DNA of 64,000 bases from assembly GCA_020725405.1 (NCBI GenBank), contig DYFB01000015.1, positions 32,157-96,156 on the forward strand. Direction: 5' to 3'. Positions 1-9,349 of the stretch are shown here, in pieces. Within the stretch, counting starts at the first letter, position 1. Each line of letters begins with the position of its first letter. This DNA is from Symbiobacterium sp. (GTDB lineage: Bacteria; Bacillota; Sulfobacillia; UBA995; UBA9673). Both the position numbers and the translations under genes were made by a program. Below the pieces are notes generated by a model. It had not been told where the DNA came from and made no database searches. It saw only the letters and a list, made by a program, of their open reading frames with translations.

Positions 1-725
1 ACGTCCTCAAGGCTCTCCTCGGGGCGTTCGCGTCCCGCGGGCTCGACCCGCGGATGACCGTGGTTGTCACGGGGATCGGGTGCTGGGGCAAGGCCGACGA
101 CTACATCCGGACCAACGCCATCCACGGCACCCACGGGCGGGCCCTGGCCGTGGCCACCGGGGTCAAGGCCTACCGCCCTGAACTGGCGGTCGTCGCCCTG
201 ATGGGCGACGGCGACTTCGCCACCATCGGGGGCAACCACTTCATCCACGCTGCCCGGCGCAACATCGGGGTTACGGCCGTCGTGGCCAACAACCTGAACT
301 ACGGGATGACGGGGGGCCAGTACTCCGGGACCACACCCGCCGGGAGCCTGACGAGCACCTCGCCGTACGGGCACGCCGAGGAAGGTTTCGATCTCTGCGC
401 CCTGGCCGAGGCTGCCGGGGCGGCCTACGTCGCCCGGACGACGGCTTACCACTATCGCCAGATGGAGACGCTCATCGCCGAGGCCCTCGGGGTGGACGGC
501 TTCTCACTCGTCGAGGTCCTGACGCCCTGTCCGACGTACTACGGGCGCCTGAACCGCGAAGGTTCGGCTCCGGAGATGTGGCGGGCCCTGAAGGAGCGCG
601 CGAGGGGCGGGTCTTTCGGGTGCCTTGTCCGGCGCGACCGGCCGTCCTTCGCGGAGCGCTACGCCGGGGTCCAGGCGGCGGCCAGGGCTGGAACGGGAAC
701 GGAGGTCGGCCCCGATGCCCGGTAA
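1..725 (+). CDS. 2-oxoacid:ferredoxin oxidoreductase beta subunit (TPP-binding), 5'-truncated by window
   Basis: GIGC, HGTHGRA, GDGD...GGNH, NN..YGMTGGQ and PCPT motifs. Confidence 0.9.
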   Translation, partial: VLKALLGAFASRGLDPRMTVVVTGIGCWGKADDYIRTNAIHGTHGRALAVATGVKAYRPELAVVALMGDGDFATIGGNHFIHAARRNIGVTAVVANNLNYGMTGGQYSGTTPAGSLTSTSPYGHAEEGFDLCALAEAAGAAYVARTTAYHYRQMETLIAEALGVDGFSLVEVLTPCPTYYGRLNREGSAPEMWRALKERARGGSFGCLVRRDRPSFAERYAGVQAAARAGTGTEVGPDAR

Positions 726-1332
726 AGACGGCCCGCGGGGAACGGAGGGGATGAGGCCCTCCCGCTGGGAGGCTATTCTGGCGGGAGAGGGCGGCCAGGG
801 GCTGGTCGTGGCCGGCATCGTCCTCGGCGAGGCCGCTATTCTCGAGGGGCTCGAGGCGGTCCAGTCCCAGTGGGTCCTCGGCTCGGCGACGCGGGGCAGC
901 CTGTCCCGGTCCGAGGTCGTCATCAGCCGGGACCCCATAGCCTTCCCCCGCGTCAGGCGGGCCGGAGCTCTCCTGGCCCTCACGAGGGCGGCCTTCGAAC
1001 GGCATCGCGACCTCCTGGCCCCTGAAGCCCTGGTCATCGTTGACGAGGACCATGTCCCCGGCGCGGGGCCTGGGGCCCCCGAGGGGGTCGCCCACCGCCT
1101 GCCCGTGGTCAGGACAGCCGGCGAGCTGGGCCTCGCCCGCTCAACCAACATGATCGCCCTCGGAGCGCTCGTGGCCCTGAGCGGCGTGCTGGAGCACGGG
1201 AGCATCGAGCGAGCCATAATGGCCAGGTTCGGCGCGAAGGCCATCCCGAATCTCGAGGCCTACCGGACCGGGGCCCGTCTGGCCGGGGCCCGTCTAGCCG
1301 GGGCCGGGCCGGCCGGAGGAGCGGGGTCGTAG
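715..1332 (+). CDS. 2-oxoacid:ferredoxin oxidoreductase gamma subunit
   Basis: AGEGGQG, RGSLSRSEV, NMIALGAL; GGAGG at 701 then ATG at 715. Confidence 0.85.
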   Translation: MPGKDGPRGTEGMRPSRWEAILAGEGGQGLVVAGIVLGEAAILEGLEAVQSQWVLGSATRGSLSRSEVVISRDPIAFPRVRRAGALLALTRAAFERHRDLLAPEALVIVDEDHVPGAGPGAPEGVAHRLPVVRTAGELGLARSTNMIALGALVALSGVLEHGSIERAIMARFGAKAIPNLEAYRTGARLAGARLAGAGPAGGAGS

Positions 1333-1481
1333 AGCGTATTCGGCGTTCGGAGGGCGGGGAGGCTCTCCCGGAGAAGCGCGGGCCTATCCCGGCCTCCTGC
1401 GCGCTGGGGGTGCGTCGAGTTGAGAAGGGCCTGGAGCCGCCCGGACGGCGGGAGCGGGCCGGCGGCGGGAGCCGGTGGAGG

Positions 1482-2357
1482 ATGAGGGAGGCCGGCGGCC
1501 GCAGCGGCCGCGCGGACCTCCATGTGCACACGACAGCGTCGGACGGTTCGTTCTCCCCGGCCGAGGCGGTGGACGCCGCCGCGTCCTTGGGTCTGGCCGC
1601 CCTGGCGGTGGCCGACCACGACACGGTCGGAGGAGTCGGCCCGGCCCTGCAGCGGGCCGCCGAGCTCGGCCCCGGGGCGCCGGAAGTCATCCCGGCCGTC
1701 GAGATCAACACGGACTTCGACGAGGGCGAGATCCACATCCTCGGCTACTTCATCGATTGGGAGAACGAGGAGTTCGTCCGCACTCTGGAACGGCTGAGAG
1801 CCGGTCGGCTCAACCGGGCCACCCGGATACTCCATAAGCTGGAGTCCCTGGGAGTTCCCGTCTCACTTGAGAGGATTATTTCGCTACGCGAAGAAGGCTC
1901 TGTAGGTCGCCCCCACGTGGCGCGGGCCATGGTCGAGGCCGGGCACGTCAGGACCATCCGAGAAGCCTTCGAGCGCTACCTGTCGCGCGGTCGACCGGCC
2001 TATGTGGCCCGGGAGCGGTTCACCCCTGTCGAGGCGGTGAGGACTATCGGACGGGCCGGGGGGGTGCCGGTTCTGGCTCACCCCGGGGGAGACGCCACGC
2101 CGGCCCTCATCCGCGAGCTCATCGCGACCGGCCTCGAAGGCATCGAGGTCTTCCACCCCGAGCATGACCGGCGGGAGGAGCTGTACTACGCGGCTCTGGT
2201 TCGGGAGCACGACCTGGTCGCCACGGGCGGGTCGGACAGCCACGGCTCGAACTCGCCCTACGGGGCGGACATCGGAGCCGTTACGGTGGACTACGGCGTC
2301 GTCAAGGAACTGCGGCGCCGAAAGGAAGGGAGGAGGGCAACAAGAGGTGCGGTTTAA
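1482..2357 (+). CDS. PHP-domain phosphoesterase (TrpH/YciV-like)
   Basis: DLHVHTTASDG, ADHD, IHILGY, GRPHVA, LAHP, GGSDSHG. Confidence 0.9.
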   Translation: MREAGGRSGRADLHVHTTASDGSFSPAEAVDAAASLGLAALAVADHDTVGGVGPALQRAAELGPGAPEVIPAVEINTDFDEGEIHILGYFIDWENEEFVRTLERLRAGRLNRATRILHKLESLGVPVSLERIISLREEGSVGRPHVARAMVEAGHVRTIREAFERYLSRGRPAYVARERFTPVEAVRTIGRAGGVPVLAHPGGDATPALIRELIATGLEGIEVFHPEHDRREELYYAALVREHDLVATGGSDSHGSNSPYGADIGAVTVDYGVVKELRRRKEGRRATRGAV

Positions 2358-3813
2358 GCACGATGAATGGCGCAAGCTGAGCGAGCAGGCCCTCGAATAC
2401 CTGCGCCCCAAGGTCGACTACGCCGACATCCGGTTCGTGTCCAGGCGCGGGCAGAGAGTCTCGGTCAAGAACGGGGCCGTCGAAGGGGTGACGGCCTCCT
2501 CGGACACGGGCTTCGGCGTGCGGGTCCTCCGCGACGGGGCCTGGGGGTTCGCTTCGAGCTCCACTCCCGGCCTGGAGGAGGTTCTGGCCGTCGCCGACCG
2601 GGCTCTGGGCATCGCCAAGGCGTCGGCGACGGTCAAGGGGGAAAGGGCGGTTCTGGCGCCGGTCGATCCGGTCGAGGACGCCTGGAGCTCACCCTACAAG
2701 GAAGACCCCCTCGAGGTGAAGCTTGAGGAGAAGCTCGGGCTTCTTCTGGAGGCCGAGAAGCTTGTCCGCAAGGGCGGCGAGGGCAAGGTGATGGTCGCCC
2801 AGGCTGGCACGGGAGCGCGGCGGGAGGAGAAGTCCTTCGCCAGCACCGAAGGGGCCTACATCGAGCAGGAGATCGTCGAGTGCGGGGCCGGGCTGTCGGC
2901 CTACGCCGTCGGCCCCGGGGAGCTGCAGCGCCGGACGTACCCGAACGCCGACCGGGAGCTGTCAGGCTGTTACGGCTGGGAGGCCGTGAAGAGGCTCGAC
3001 CTTCTGGGGAGCGCCGAGAGGGTCGGCCGTGAGGCGGGCCAGCTCCTCGAAGCCAAGCCCTGCCCGTCGGGTGAGAAGGACGTCATCCTCGACAGCACCC
3101 AGATGGTGCTTCAGATTCACGAATCCTGCGGCCACCCGACAGAGCTCGACAGGGTGTTCGGCACCGAGGCTGGCTACGCCGGGACGAGCTTCCTCACCCC
3201 GGAGAAGCTCGGGAAGTTCCGTTACGGCTCGGAGAACGTGACCCTGGTGGCCGACGCGACCGTTCCGCACGGACTCGGGACGTTCAAGTACGACGATGAA
3301 GGCGTTCGAGCCCAGCGCACGGTTCTGGTCGACCGGGGGCTCTTCACGAACTACATGACCTCGAGGGAGACCGCCCAGCGCCTCGGGCAGACCTCCAACG
3401 GCACGATGCGGGCTGACGGATGGAACCGGCCGCCTCTCATCCGGATGACCAACATCAACCTCGAGCCGGGGGACTGGACGCTCGAGGAGATGATCCGGGA
3501 CACCAAGGACGGCCTCCTGATGGAGATCAACAAGAGCTGGTCGATCGACGACCGCCGGCTGAACTTCCAGTTCGGGTGTGAGGTGGCCTGGGAGATAAAG
3601 GACGGGGCCCTGGGCGAGATGATCAAGAACCCCAACTACACGGGCATCACCCCCGAGTTCTGGGGCGGGTGCGACGCCGTGGCCGACCGGAAGCACTGGA
3701 AGCTGTGGGGGACGCCGAACTGCGGGAAGGGCGAACCCTCGCAGATAGCCCACGTCGGACACGGTGCGGCGCCGACGCGGTTCCGCAAGGTGAAGGTGGG
3801 TGTCGGCCGATGA
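2347..3813 (+). CDS. tldD: TldD-family metalloprotease
   Basis: HESCGHPTELD (HExxxH), DDEG, IRMTNI, C-terminal CGKGEP; GTG start overlapping the PHP stop. Confidence 0.88.
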   Translation: MRFKHDEWRKLSEQALEYLRPKVDYADIRFVSRRGQRVSVKNGAVEGVTASSDTGFGVRVLRDGAWGFASSSTPGLEEVLAVADRALGIAKASATVKGERAVLAPVDPVEDAWSSPYKEDPLEVKLEEKLGLLLEAEKLVRKGGEGKVMVAQAGTGARREEKSFASTEGAYIEQEIVECGAGLSAYAVGPGELQRRTYPNADRELSGCYGWEAVKRLDLLGSAERVGREAGQLLEAKPCPSGEKDVILDSTQMVLQIHESCGHPTELDRVFGTEAGYAGTSFLTPEKLGKFRYGSENVTLVADATVPHGLGTFKYDDEGVRAQRTVLVDRGLFTNYMTSRETAQRLGQTSNGTMRADGWNRPPLIRMTNINLEPGDWTLEEMIRDTKDGLLMEINKSWSIDDRRLNFQFGCEVAWEIKDGALGEMIKNPNYTGITPEFWGGCDAVADRKHWKLWGTPNCGKGEPSQIAHVGHGAAPTRFRKVKVGVGR

Positions 3814-5162
3814 TGATGAGAGAGCGCGTGCTCGAGGTCCTCGAGAAGACCCTGCGGTTCGGCGCGGCCGATCAGACCGAGGTTGTCATCATCGGAGGCG
3901 ACACTTACCTTACCCGCTACGCCACTAACTACATCCACCAGAACACCGCTGAGAGCAACGCCGAGGTCTTTGTGCGTTCGGTCTTCGGGAAGAAGATCGG
4001 GGTCGCCACGACCAACGCTCTCGACGACGGCTCCCTCCAGGGAGCCGTCAGGGCCAGCGAGGATATCGCTCGGGTCCAGCCGGACATCCCGGACTTCGTC
4101 TCCCTGCCCTCACCCGAGGACGCCGGAGGTCCCGTCGGAGACCTGGTCTTCGGCCGGAGCACGGCCGAGTTCAGTCCGGAGGATAGGGCCGCCGCGGTGG
4201 GACGGGTGACGGCCCTCGCCGCCCGGCACGGCTTCGAGGCCGCCGGGGCTTTCCAGACCGGGGTGGTCAGACTGGCCGTCGGGAACTCGCTCGGGGTCAG
4301 GCAGTACGGGGAGACGACCCGGGCGTCCTTGACGGCTATCGTCATGGGGCCGAGCGGGTCCGGCTACGCCGACGGCCTCTCGGTCGAGGCCTCGACCATC
4401 GATGTGGACCGGGTAGCCGAGACCGCGGTCCGGAAGTGCCGCGACGCGCAGGACCCCGTCGCGGTCGAGCCCGGGGACTACGAGGTCGTCCTCGAGCCCG
4501 CCGCCGTCGCCGACCTCGTCGGCTTCCTGGGCTATCTCGGACTCGGGGCCCTGGCTCTCCAGGAAGGCCGGAGCTTCGCCAGCGGGCGCCTCGGTCAGAA
4601 GGTGACCGGAGAGGACTTCACCCTTTGGGACGACGGGAGCGACCCCGCCGGCCTCCCGTTCCCGTTCGATTTCGAGGGCGTCCGCCGGCGGAAGGTGGTC
4701 CTCATCGAGAGCGGCGTGGTCAAGAACGTGGTCTACGATAGCTTCACGGCCGGGCGCGAGGCCGGACGGAAGTCCACCGGGCACGCGCTCCCGCCGATGT
4801 ACCACTACGGGCCTCTCCCGCTCAACATGTTTGTCAAGACCGGCGACGCCACGCTTGAGGAGATGGTGAAGGGCACCAGGCGCGGGCTTCTCGTGACCCG
4901 GTTCCACTACACCAACCCGCTTCACCCGGTGCTGACGACGATAACCGGGATGACCCGCGACGGGACGTTCCTTATCGAGGAGGGGCGGGTCAAGGGACCG
5001 GTCAAGAACCTGCGCTTCACCAACAGCATCCTCGACGCGCTCTCCGAGATAGAGGCTGTCTCGAGCGAGGCCCGGCTCAGCGAGATGTTCGGCCTGGGTG
5101 CGATCAGCGCCCCGGCCATGAAGCTGAGGAAGTTCACCTTCACGGGGGCGACGCAGTTCTAG
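3810..5162 (+). CDS. TldE/PmbA-family partner subunit
   Basis: PGDYEVVLEP, PFDFEG, TGHA, TGMTRDG, NLRF; no HExxxH; ATGA overlap with tldD. Confidence 0.85.
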   Translation: MMMRERVLEVLEKTLRFGAADQTEVVIIGGDTYLTRYATNYIHQNTAESNAEVFVRSVFGKKIGVATTNALDDGSLQGAVRASEDIARVQPDIPDFVSLPSPEDAGGPVGDLVFGRSTAEFSPEDRAAAVGRVTALAARHGFEAAGAFQTGVVRLAVGNSLGVRQYGETTRASLTAIVMGPSGSGYADGLSVEASTIDVDRVAETAVRKCRDAQDPVAVEPGDYEVVLEPAAVADLVGFLGYLGLGALALQEGRSFASGRLGQKVTGEDFTLWDDGSDPAGLPFPFDFEGVRRRKVVLIESGVVKNVVYDSFTAGREAGRKSTGHALPPMYHYGPLPLNMFVKTGDATLEEMVKGTRRGLLVTRFHYTNPLHPVLTTITGMTRDGTFLIEEGRVKGPVKNLRFTNSILDALSEIEAVSSEARLSEMFGLGAISAPAMKLRKFTFTGATQF

Positions 5163-5240
5163 GAGGCGAAGACAGGGTCGCGGCTCGAACTGAGCTGCAG
5201 TCCTGACGCTCTTCGGGGACAGCGGCCCCGGAAGAGAGGT

Positions 5241-5269
5241 GGGGCGGGCCCCTTGAGTGGGCCCGCCCC
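5241..5269 (+). terminator. GC-rich hairpin after tldD/tldE (third of three consecutive stems)
   Basis: GGGGCGGGCCC-7nt-GGGCCCGCCCC inverted repeat; no U-tract. Confidence 0.4.
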
Positions 5270-5433
5270 CGCTGGGGGCCCGACAAGCGGGTTGCTCCCG
5301 CCGCCCGGCTGGCTCTTCCCTCCCGACCCGGCTTCGGGCAGCCAGAATACTCCGCTTCTGCCAGGTCTATAATATGGTTGCTAGCCGGGGCCGGGCGCCT
5401 CACCACACGCGGACCGGGGGAGGGGGAGCGAGT

Positions 5434-5763
5434 TTGACGAGCCGCACTCTCGAGACGTCGCGCCGGTCCGAGAGGGAGGGGCTCGCGGGAGGGCCTGACG
5501 CCGACGGTCTGCGCCACCGCCTGGTCGACCTCGAATCGCGGGTCAGGGCCCTGGCCGTCTCTAGGCGGGTCCTGATCAACCTTCTTGTCAGCGCGGACAA
5601 GCGCCGGCGGCACGAAGTCGCAGCCCTGAAGGTTGAAGTGGAGAAGCTTCGCCGGAGGAACGCCCGCTACGAAAAGGCCCTCGCCACGAGGGATGCCGTC
5701 ATCCACCGTCTCCGGCACCGGATCGAAGAGGTCCTGCGCGGCGGACAGGACGCCGGCTCTTAG
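5434..5763 (+). CDS. small coiled-coil hypothetical protein
   Basis: TATAAT at 5368, G/A-rich RBS, TTG start; heptad-rich LESRVRALAVSRRVLINL...LRRRNARY. Confidence 0.6.
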   Translation: MTSRTLETSRRSEREGLAGGPDADGLRHRLVDLESRVRALAVSRRVLINLLVSADKRRRHEVAALKVEVEKLRRRNARYEKALATRDAVIHRLRHRIEEVLRGGQDAGS

Positions 5764-5861
5764 CGAGGCCGGCGGGCACAGGATTCCAGGGCCGACGGAC
5801 CGAACCCCCTTCCGATACTTGCGGTGACTTCCGGTCGTCTGTCCGCGCGGGAGGTTAGCCT

Positions 5862-6644
5862 GTGACCACCTTGCCCGAGCGCGAGAGCCTCACCGTGGAC
5901 CTCAACGCCGACCTCGGCGAGGGCTTCGGGGTCTGGCGCCTGGGACCCGACGAGGACATGATGGTTTTCATCACCTCGGCCAACGTGGCCTGCGGGCTTC
6001 ACGCCGGCGACCCCGGGACCATGCGACGCACGGTGCGAATGGCCCGGGAGCGGGGAGTGGTCGTGGGAGCTCATCCCGGCTACCCCGACCTCGCCGGGTT
6101 CGGGCGCCGTCCGATGAACATGCCCCCCGGAGAACTCATCGACATCCTCCTTTACCAGATAGGGGCCCTCCAGGCCGTGGCCCGGGCCGAAGGAACGGCG
6201 GTCAGGTACGTCAAGGTCCATGGAGCCCTCTACAACCAGGCCGCGCAGGAGCCGGAAGCTGCTTGGGCCGTGGCCGAGGCCCTCCGGCAGACCGGCGGGG
6301 ACCTCCCGCTTGTGGGCCCGCCCGCCTCGGCCATGGCCGACGCGGCCGCCCGGGCCGGGCTCCGCTTCGTCGCCGAGGGGTTCGCCGATCGGACCTACGA
6401 GGACGACGGTCGTCTCACGCCTCGGAGCCGGCCGGGCGCCGTGCTGACCGATCCGGAGGCGGTGGCGGCCCGGGTGGTATCGCTCGTCCGCGACAGGGCG
6501 GTTCTCAGCCGGGACGGGTCGCGCGTCCCTCTGGCGGTCGAGACGGTGTGCCTGCACGGCGACACCCCCGGGGCCCTTCGCCTGGCGCGGGCCGTCCGGC
6601 AGGCCCTCGAGGAGGCCGGGGTCCGGGTGGCTTCCTTTGCCTAG
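5862..6644 (+). CDS. pxpA: 5-oxoprolinase subunit A (LamB/YcsF)
   Basis: DLNADLGEG, SANVACGLHAGD, GAHPGYPD, KVHGALYN, CLHGD. Confidence 0.93.
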   Translation: MTTLPERESLTVDLNADLGEGFGVWRLGPDEDMMVFITSANVACGLHAGDPGTMRRTVRMARERGVVVGAHPGYPDLAGFGRRPMNMPPGELIDILLYQIGALQAVARAEGTAVRYVKVHGALYNQAAQEPEAAWAVAEALRQTGGDLPLVGPPASAMADAAARAGLRFVAEGFADRTYEDDGRLTPRSRPGAVLTDPEAVAARVVSLVRDRAVLSRDGSRVPLAVETVCLHGDTPGALRLARAVRQALEEAGVRVASFA

Positions 6645-8655
6645 ACCCTGCTCCGGAGACGAGCCGTTCCCCCGCTGTCGCCCCGTCGGAGACCGGCACC
6701 TCGTCCTCGAGTTCGGCGAAGGCATCGACGAGGACCTGAACCTGCTCGTCTACCGGACCGAGCGGATCCTCCTCGCCTCCGGGGCTCCCGGGATCCTCGA
6801 GACCACGCCGGCCTACAGCTCCCTCCTCGTACGCCTCGATCCGACCCTTCTGGGGTACGGGCCGGCAACGCGGCTCTGTTTGACGGCGGCTAGGGCCGCC
6901 TCCGGGCAGGCGCGGGTCCGTGCCGCATCCGGGCCCGACTCGCCGGAGGCCGCGGGCGTCGCGGACCCCCTGTCGGCCGATGTCTCCGGCGAGGTGGTGG
7001 TTCCCGTCGTCTACGGAGGGGAGTGGGGCCCGGACCTCGGTGATGTCGCCCGCCATACCGGGCTCCCGGCGGCTGAGATCATCCGCCGCCACGCAAGCGG
7101 CAGGTACCGCGTGTATATGGTCGGCTTTGCTCCCGGCTTCCCGTACCTCGGCGGAATGGACCCTGCGCTGGCCACCCCTCGCCTCGCGGTCGCCCGCCCG
7201 CGGGTGCCGGCCGGCTCCGTCGGCATCGCCGGCGCCCAGACCGGCGTTTACCCCCAGGAGCTTCCCGGGGGATGGCGGATCATCGGTCGGACGCCGCTCC
7301 GGGTCTGGCGGCCGGAGAACGATGAGGAGCCGTGTCTTCTCGCTCCGGGACGCCGGGTGCGGTTCGTCAACGCCGGACCGGGGGAGGTGGGATGGCGCGA
7401 GGCCCTGGCCATGGCGTCCGGGGCCGTCTCCGGAGCCGTTCGGGAAGACGCGAGCCCCGGCCGGTACCGGGCGCGATTCGGGTCGTCCGGCCGGGTCGGG
7501 GCCGACGGCGGGGCAGGGCCCGAAGGGCCATCGACCGGACCGGGGTCTCCGGCGCCGGTGGCCGTGGTCAGGCGCCCCGGACCCCTAACGACGGTGCAGG
7601 ACGGCGGAAGGTGGGGTTACTCGCGGCTCGGCGTCCCGGAGAGCGGGGCTCTCGACCCCCCGGCCCTGGCGGCCGCCAATCGGGCCGTGGGGAACCCGCC
7701 GGCAGCCGCCGGGCTCGAGGTGACGTTCGGGGGCCTCGAGCTCGAGTTTCTGGGCCGGGCCATCGTGGCTGTAAGCCCCGGAGCAGGGGCCGAGCTCGAC
7801 GGACGTCGGCTCGAAGAAGGGCGGGCTGTCCCGGTTGCCGAGGGGGCGCGGCTGTCCTTCGGCAGGGGGAGCTGGCCCCGGGCCTACCTCGCTCTGGCCG
7901 GCGGGGTGGCCTGCCCCGTGGTTCTCGGGAGCCGGTCGACCTACCTCGCCGCTTCTCTAGGGGGGTACGAGGGACGGGCCCTGCGGAGCGGGGACGTCAT
8001 CCATGCCGGCCCCCATCGGACCGAGGCTCCTCTCTCCGTGGCGCCCCCCGCCTCCGCGCCGGACCGGGCGGGAGGGGCTCTGGCGGCGCCGGGTCGGGGG
8101 GATGACCTCCTTGAGGTCCCCGGCTCCGCCGGCGTGACCCGGGTGAGGGTCGTCCCGGGCCCTCAGGACCATCTCTTCGAGGAAGCGGCCCACGAACTCT
8201 TCTACTCCTCGGACTGGCGCGTACTGGAAGCGAGCGACCGCCGGGCCTGCCTTCTCGAGGGCCCGCGGCTGCCGGCCCCGGACGGAGCGGGCCTGTCAGA
8301 CGGGACGCCGGCTGGTTCGGTCCAGGTCCCCCCCTCGGGGAAGCCCATCGTCCTTCTCGCCGACCACCAGACCACCGGGGGCTACGCCAAGATAGCCACG
8401 GTGGTCAGCGCCGACCTGCCTCTTCTCGGCCGGGCCTGGCCGGGGTCCGTCGTGAGGTTCACGCCCGTGAGGCCGGAAGCGCTCCTGTCGGCTGCGGCGA
8501 GCCTCGAGGCCCGGACCTCTCAGACGGTGGTGCGGGGCTCGGCGGTCGAGGCGCCCCCGGAGAAGAACAGCGGCCGCGCACGAGGGGCGGTTGTCCGCCT
8601 GGAATTCGCAGGCCGGGTCCATCTGGTCAGCATCCGTCCGTCCGTGCGCGCCTGA
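6637..8655 (+). CDS. pxpBC: fused 5-oxoprolinase subunits B and C
   Basis: PxpB: GFAPGFPYL, GSVGIAG.QTGVYP..PGGW.IIG; PxpC: TTVQD.GR, GSRST, GSVQVP..G.PIVLLAD.QTTGGY.KIA, in one ORF. Confidence 0.88.
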   Translation: MPRPCSGDEPFPRCRPVGDRHLVLEFGEGIDEDLNLLVYRTERILLASGAPGILETTPAYSSLLVRLDPTLLGYGPATRLCLTAARAASGQARVRAASGPDSPEAAGVADPLSADVSGEVVVPVVYGGEWGPDLGDVARHTGLPAAEIIRRHASGRYRVYMVGFAPGFPYLGGMDPALATPRLAVARPRVPAGSVGIAGAQTGVYPQELPGGWRIIGRTPLRVWRPENDEEPCLLAPGRRVRFVNAGPGEVGWREALAMASGAVSGAVREDASPGRYRARFGSSGRVGADGGAGPEGPSTGPGSPAPVAVVRRPGPLTTVQDGGRWGYSRLGVPESGALDPPALAAANRAVGNPPAAAGLEVTFGGLELEFLGRAIVAVSPGAGAELDGRRLEEGRAVPVAEGARLSFGRGSWPRAYLALAGGVACPVVLGSRSTYLAASLGGYEGRALRSGDVIHAGPHRTEAPLSVAPPASAPDRAGGALAAPGRGDDLLEVPGSAGVTRVRVVPGPQDHLFEEAAHELFYSSDWRVLEASDRRACLLEGPRLPAPDGAGLSDGTPAGSVQVPPSGKPIVLLADHQTTGGYAKIATVVSADLPLLGRAWPGSVVRFTPVRPEALLSAAASLEARTSQTVVRGSAVEAPPEKNSGRARGAVVRLEFAGRVHLVSIRPSVRA

Positions 8656-8711
8656 GCCGAGCGGGACCCCACTTGAGCCCGCCCGGCCTTCCAGACCCCT
8701 CGAGGCTGGCT

Positions 8712-9140
8712 CTAGACCCGACCTGCGTGTCCGCGCAGAATCATGGGAGCAGCGAACCGCGGGGCGAGAGCGGGACCTACCCCGAAGGGGGCTGCCGGCT
8801 GCAGGCCGGCCCCCTGAGCGATGCGCTCTTCGGCCAGGGCGATCATCCGCCGGACCATCTGACCGCCGATCTCGCCGCCCAGGTGACCTCCGATGGCCCC
8901 GACGTCGCGTGTCGGCATGTCGGCCCACCCTAGACTGCGAACCTTCTGGTCCAGCCCGAGCTCCTCGGCGATATGCCACTTGTAGTGCTCGAGGAGCTGG
9001 CGGTAGGTCCAGGGGTCGGCGGCTCCCGGGGCGGTCTCGGGCTGCTTGGCGACCCCGGTCTCACTGAGCACCGAGTACTTGAGCTGATCGAGGGCTGTCC
9101 GGGCCTCGGGAACGAGAGCCCGGCGTCTTCTTCTGGCCAC
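8712..9140 (-). CDS. extended alpha/beta-type small acid-soluble spore protein
   Basis: ALDQLKY..., KWHIAEELGL, GWADMPTRDVG.IGG...GGQMVRRMI; GGAGG RBS. Confidence 0.8.
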   Translation of the reverse strand: MARRRRRALVPEARTALDQLKYSVLSETGVAKQPETAPGAADPWTYRQLLEHYKWHIAEELGLDQKVRSLGWADMPTRDVGAIGGHLGGEIGGQMVRRMIALAEERIAQGAGLQPAAPFGVGPALAPRFAAPMILRGHAGRV

Positions 9141-9173
9141 GTATCCACCTCCCGCAAATCAAGGGTCAGGAGG

Positions 9174-9204
9174 TAGTATTGGTGGCCGAAACCACCGCCG
9201 ATAC
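9174..9204 (-). promoter_or_regulatory. sigG-like forespore promoter of the SASP gene
   Basis: - strand GTATC-N19-AATACTA, resembling GNATA..CATACTA. Confidence 0.5.
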
Positions 9205-9349
9205 TAGCAGTGTCTGGCGAGAACGGCACTCTCTCGATAAAGGCCGGTCGCGGCAGCCACCGCGTGGGACGGCCGGCCAGGCCGGCTGCTGCTCCGTCAT
9301 CCTTGCCAATGCTTGGCAACACAAAGCGGCCTGTCGCCCAGGAAAGGTC

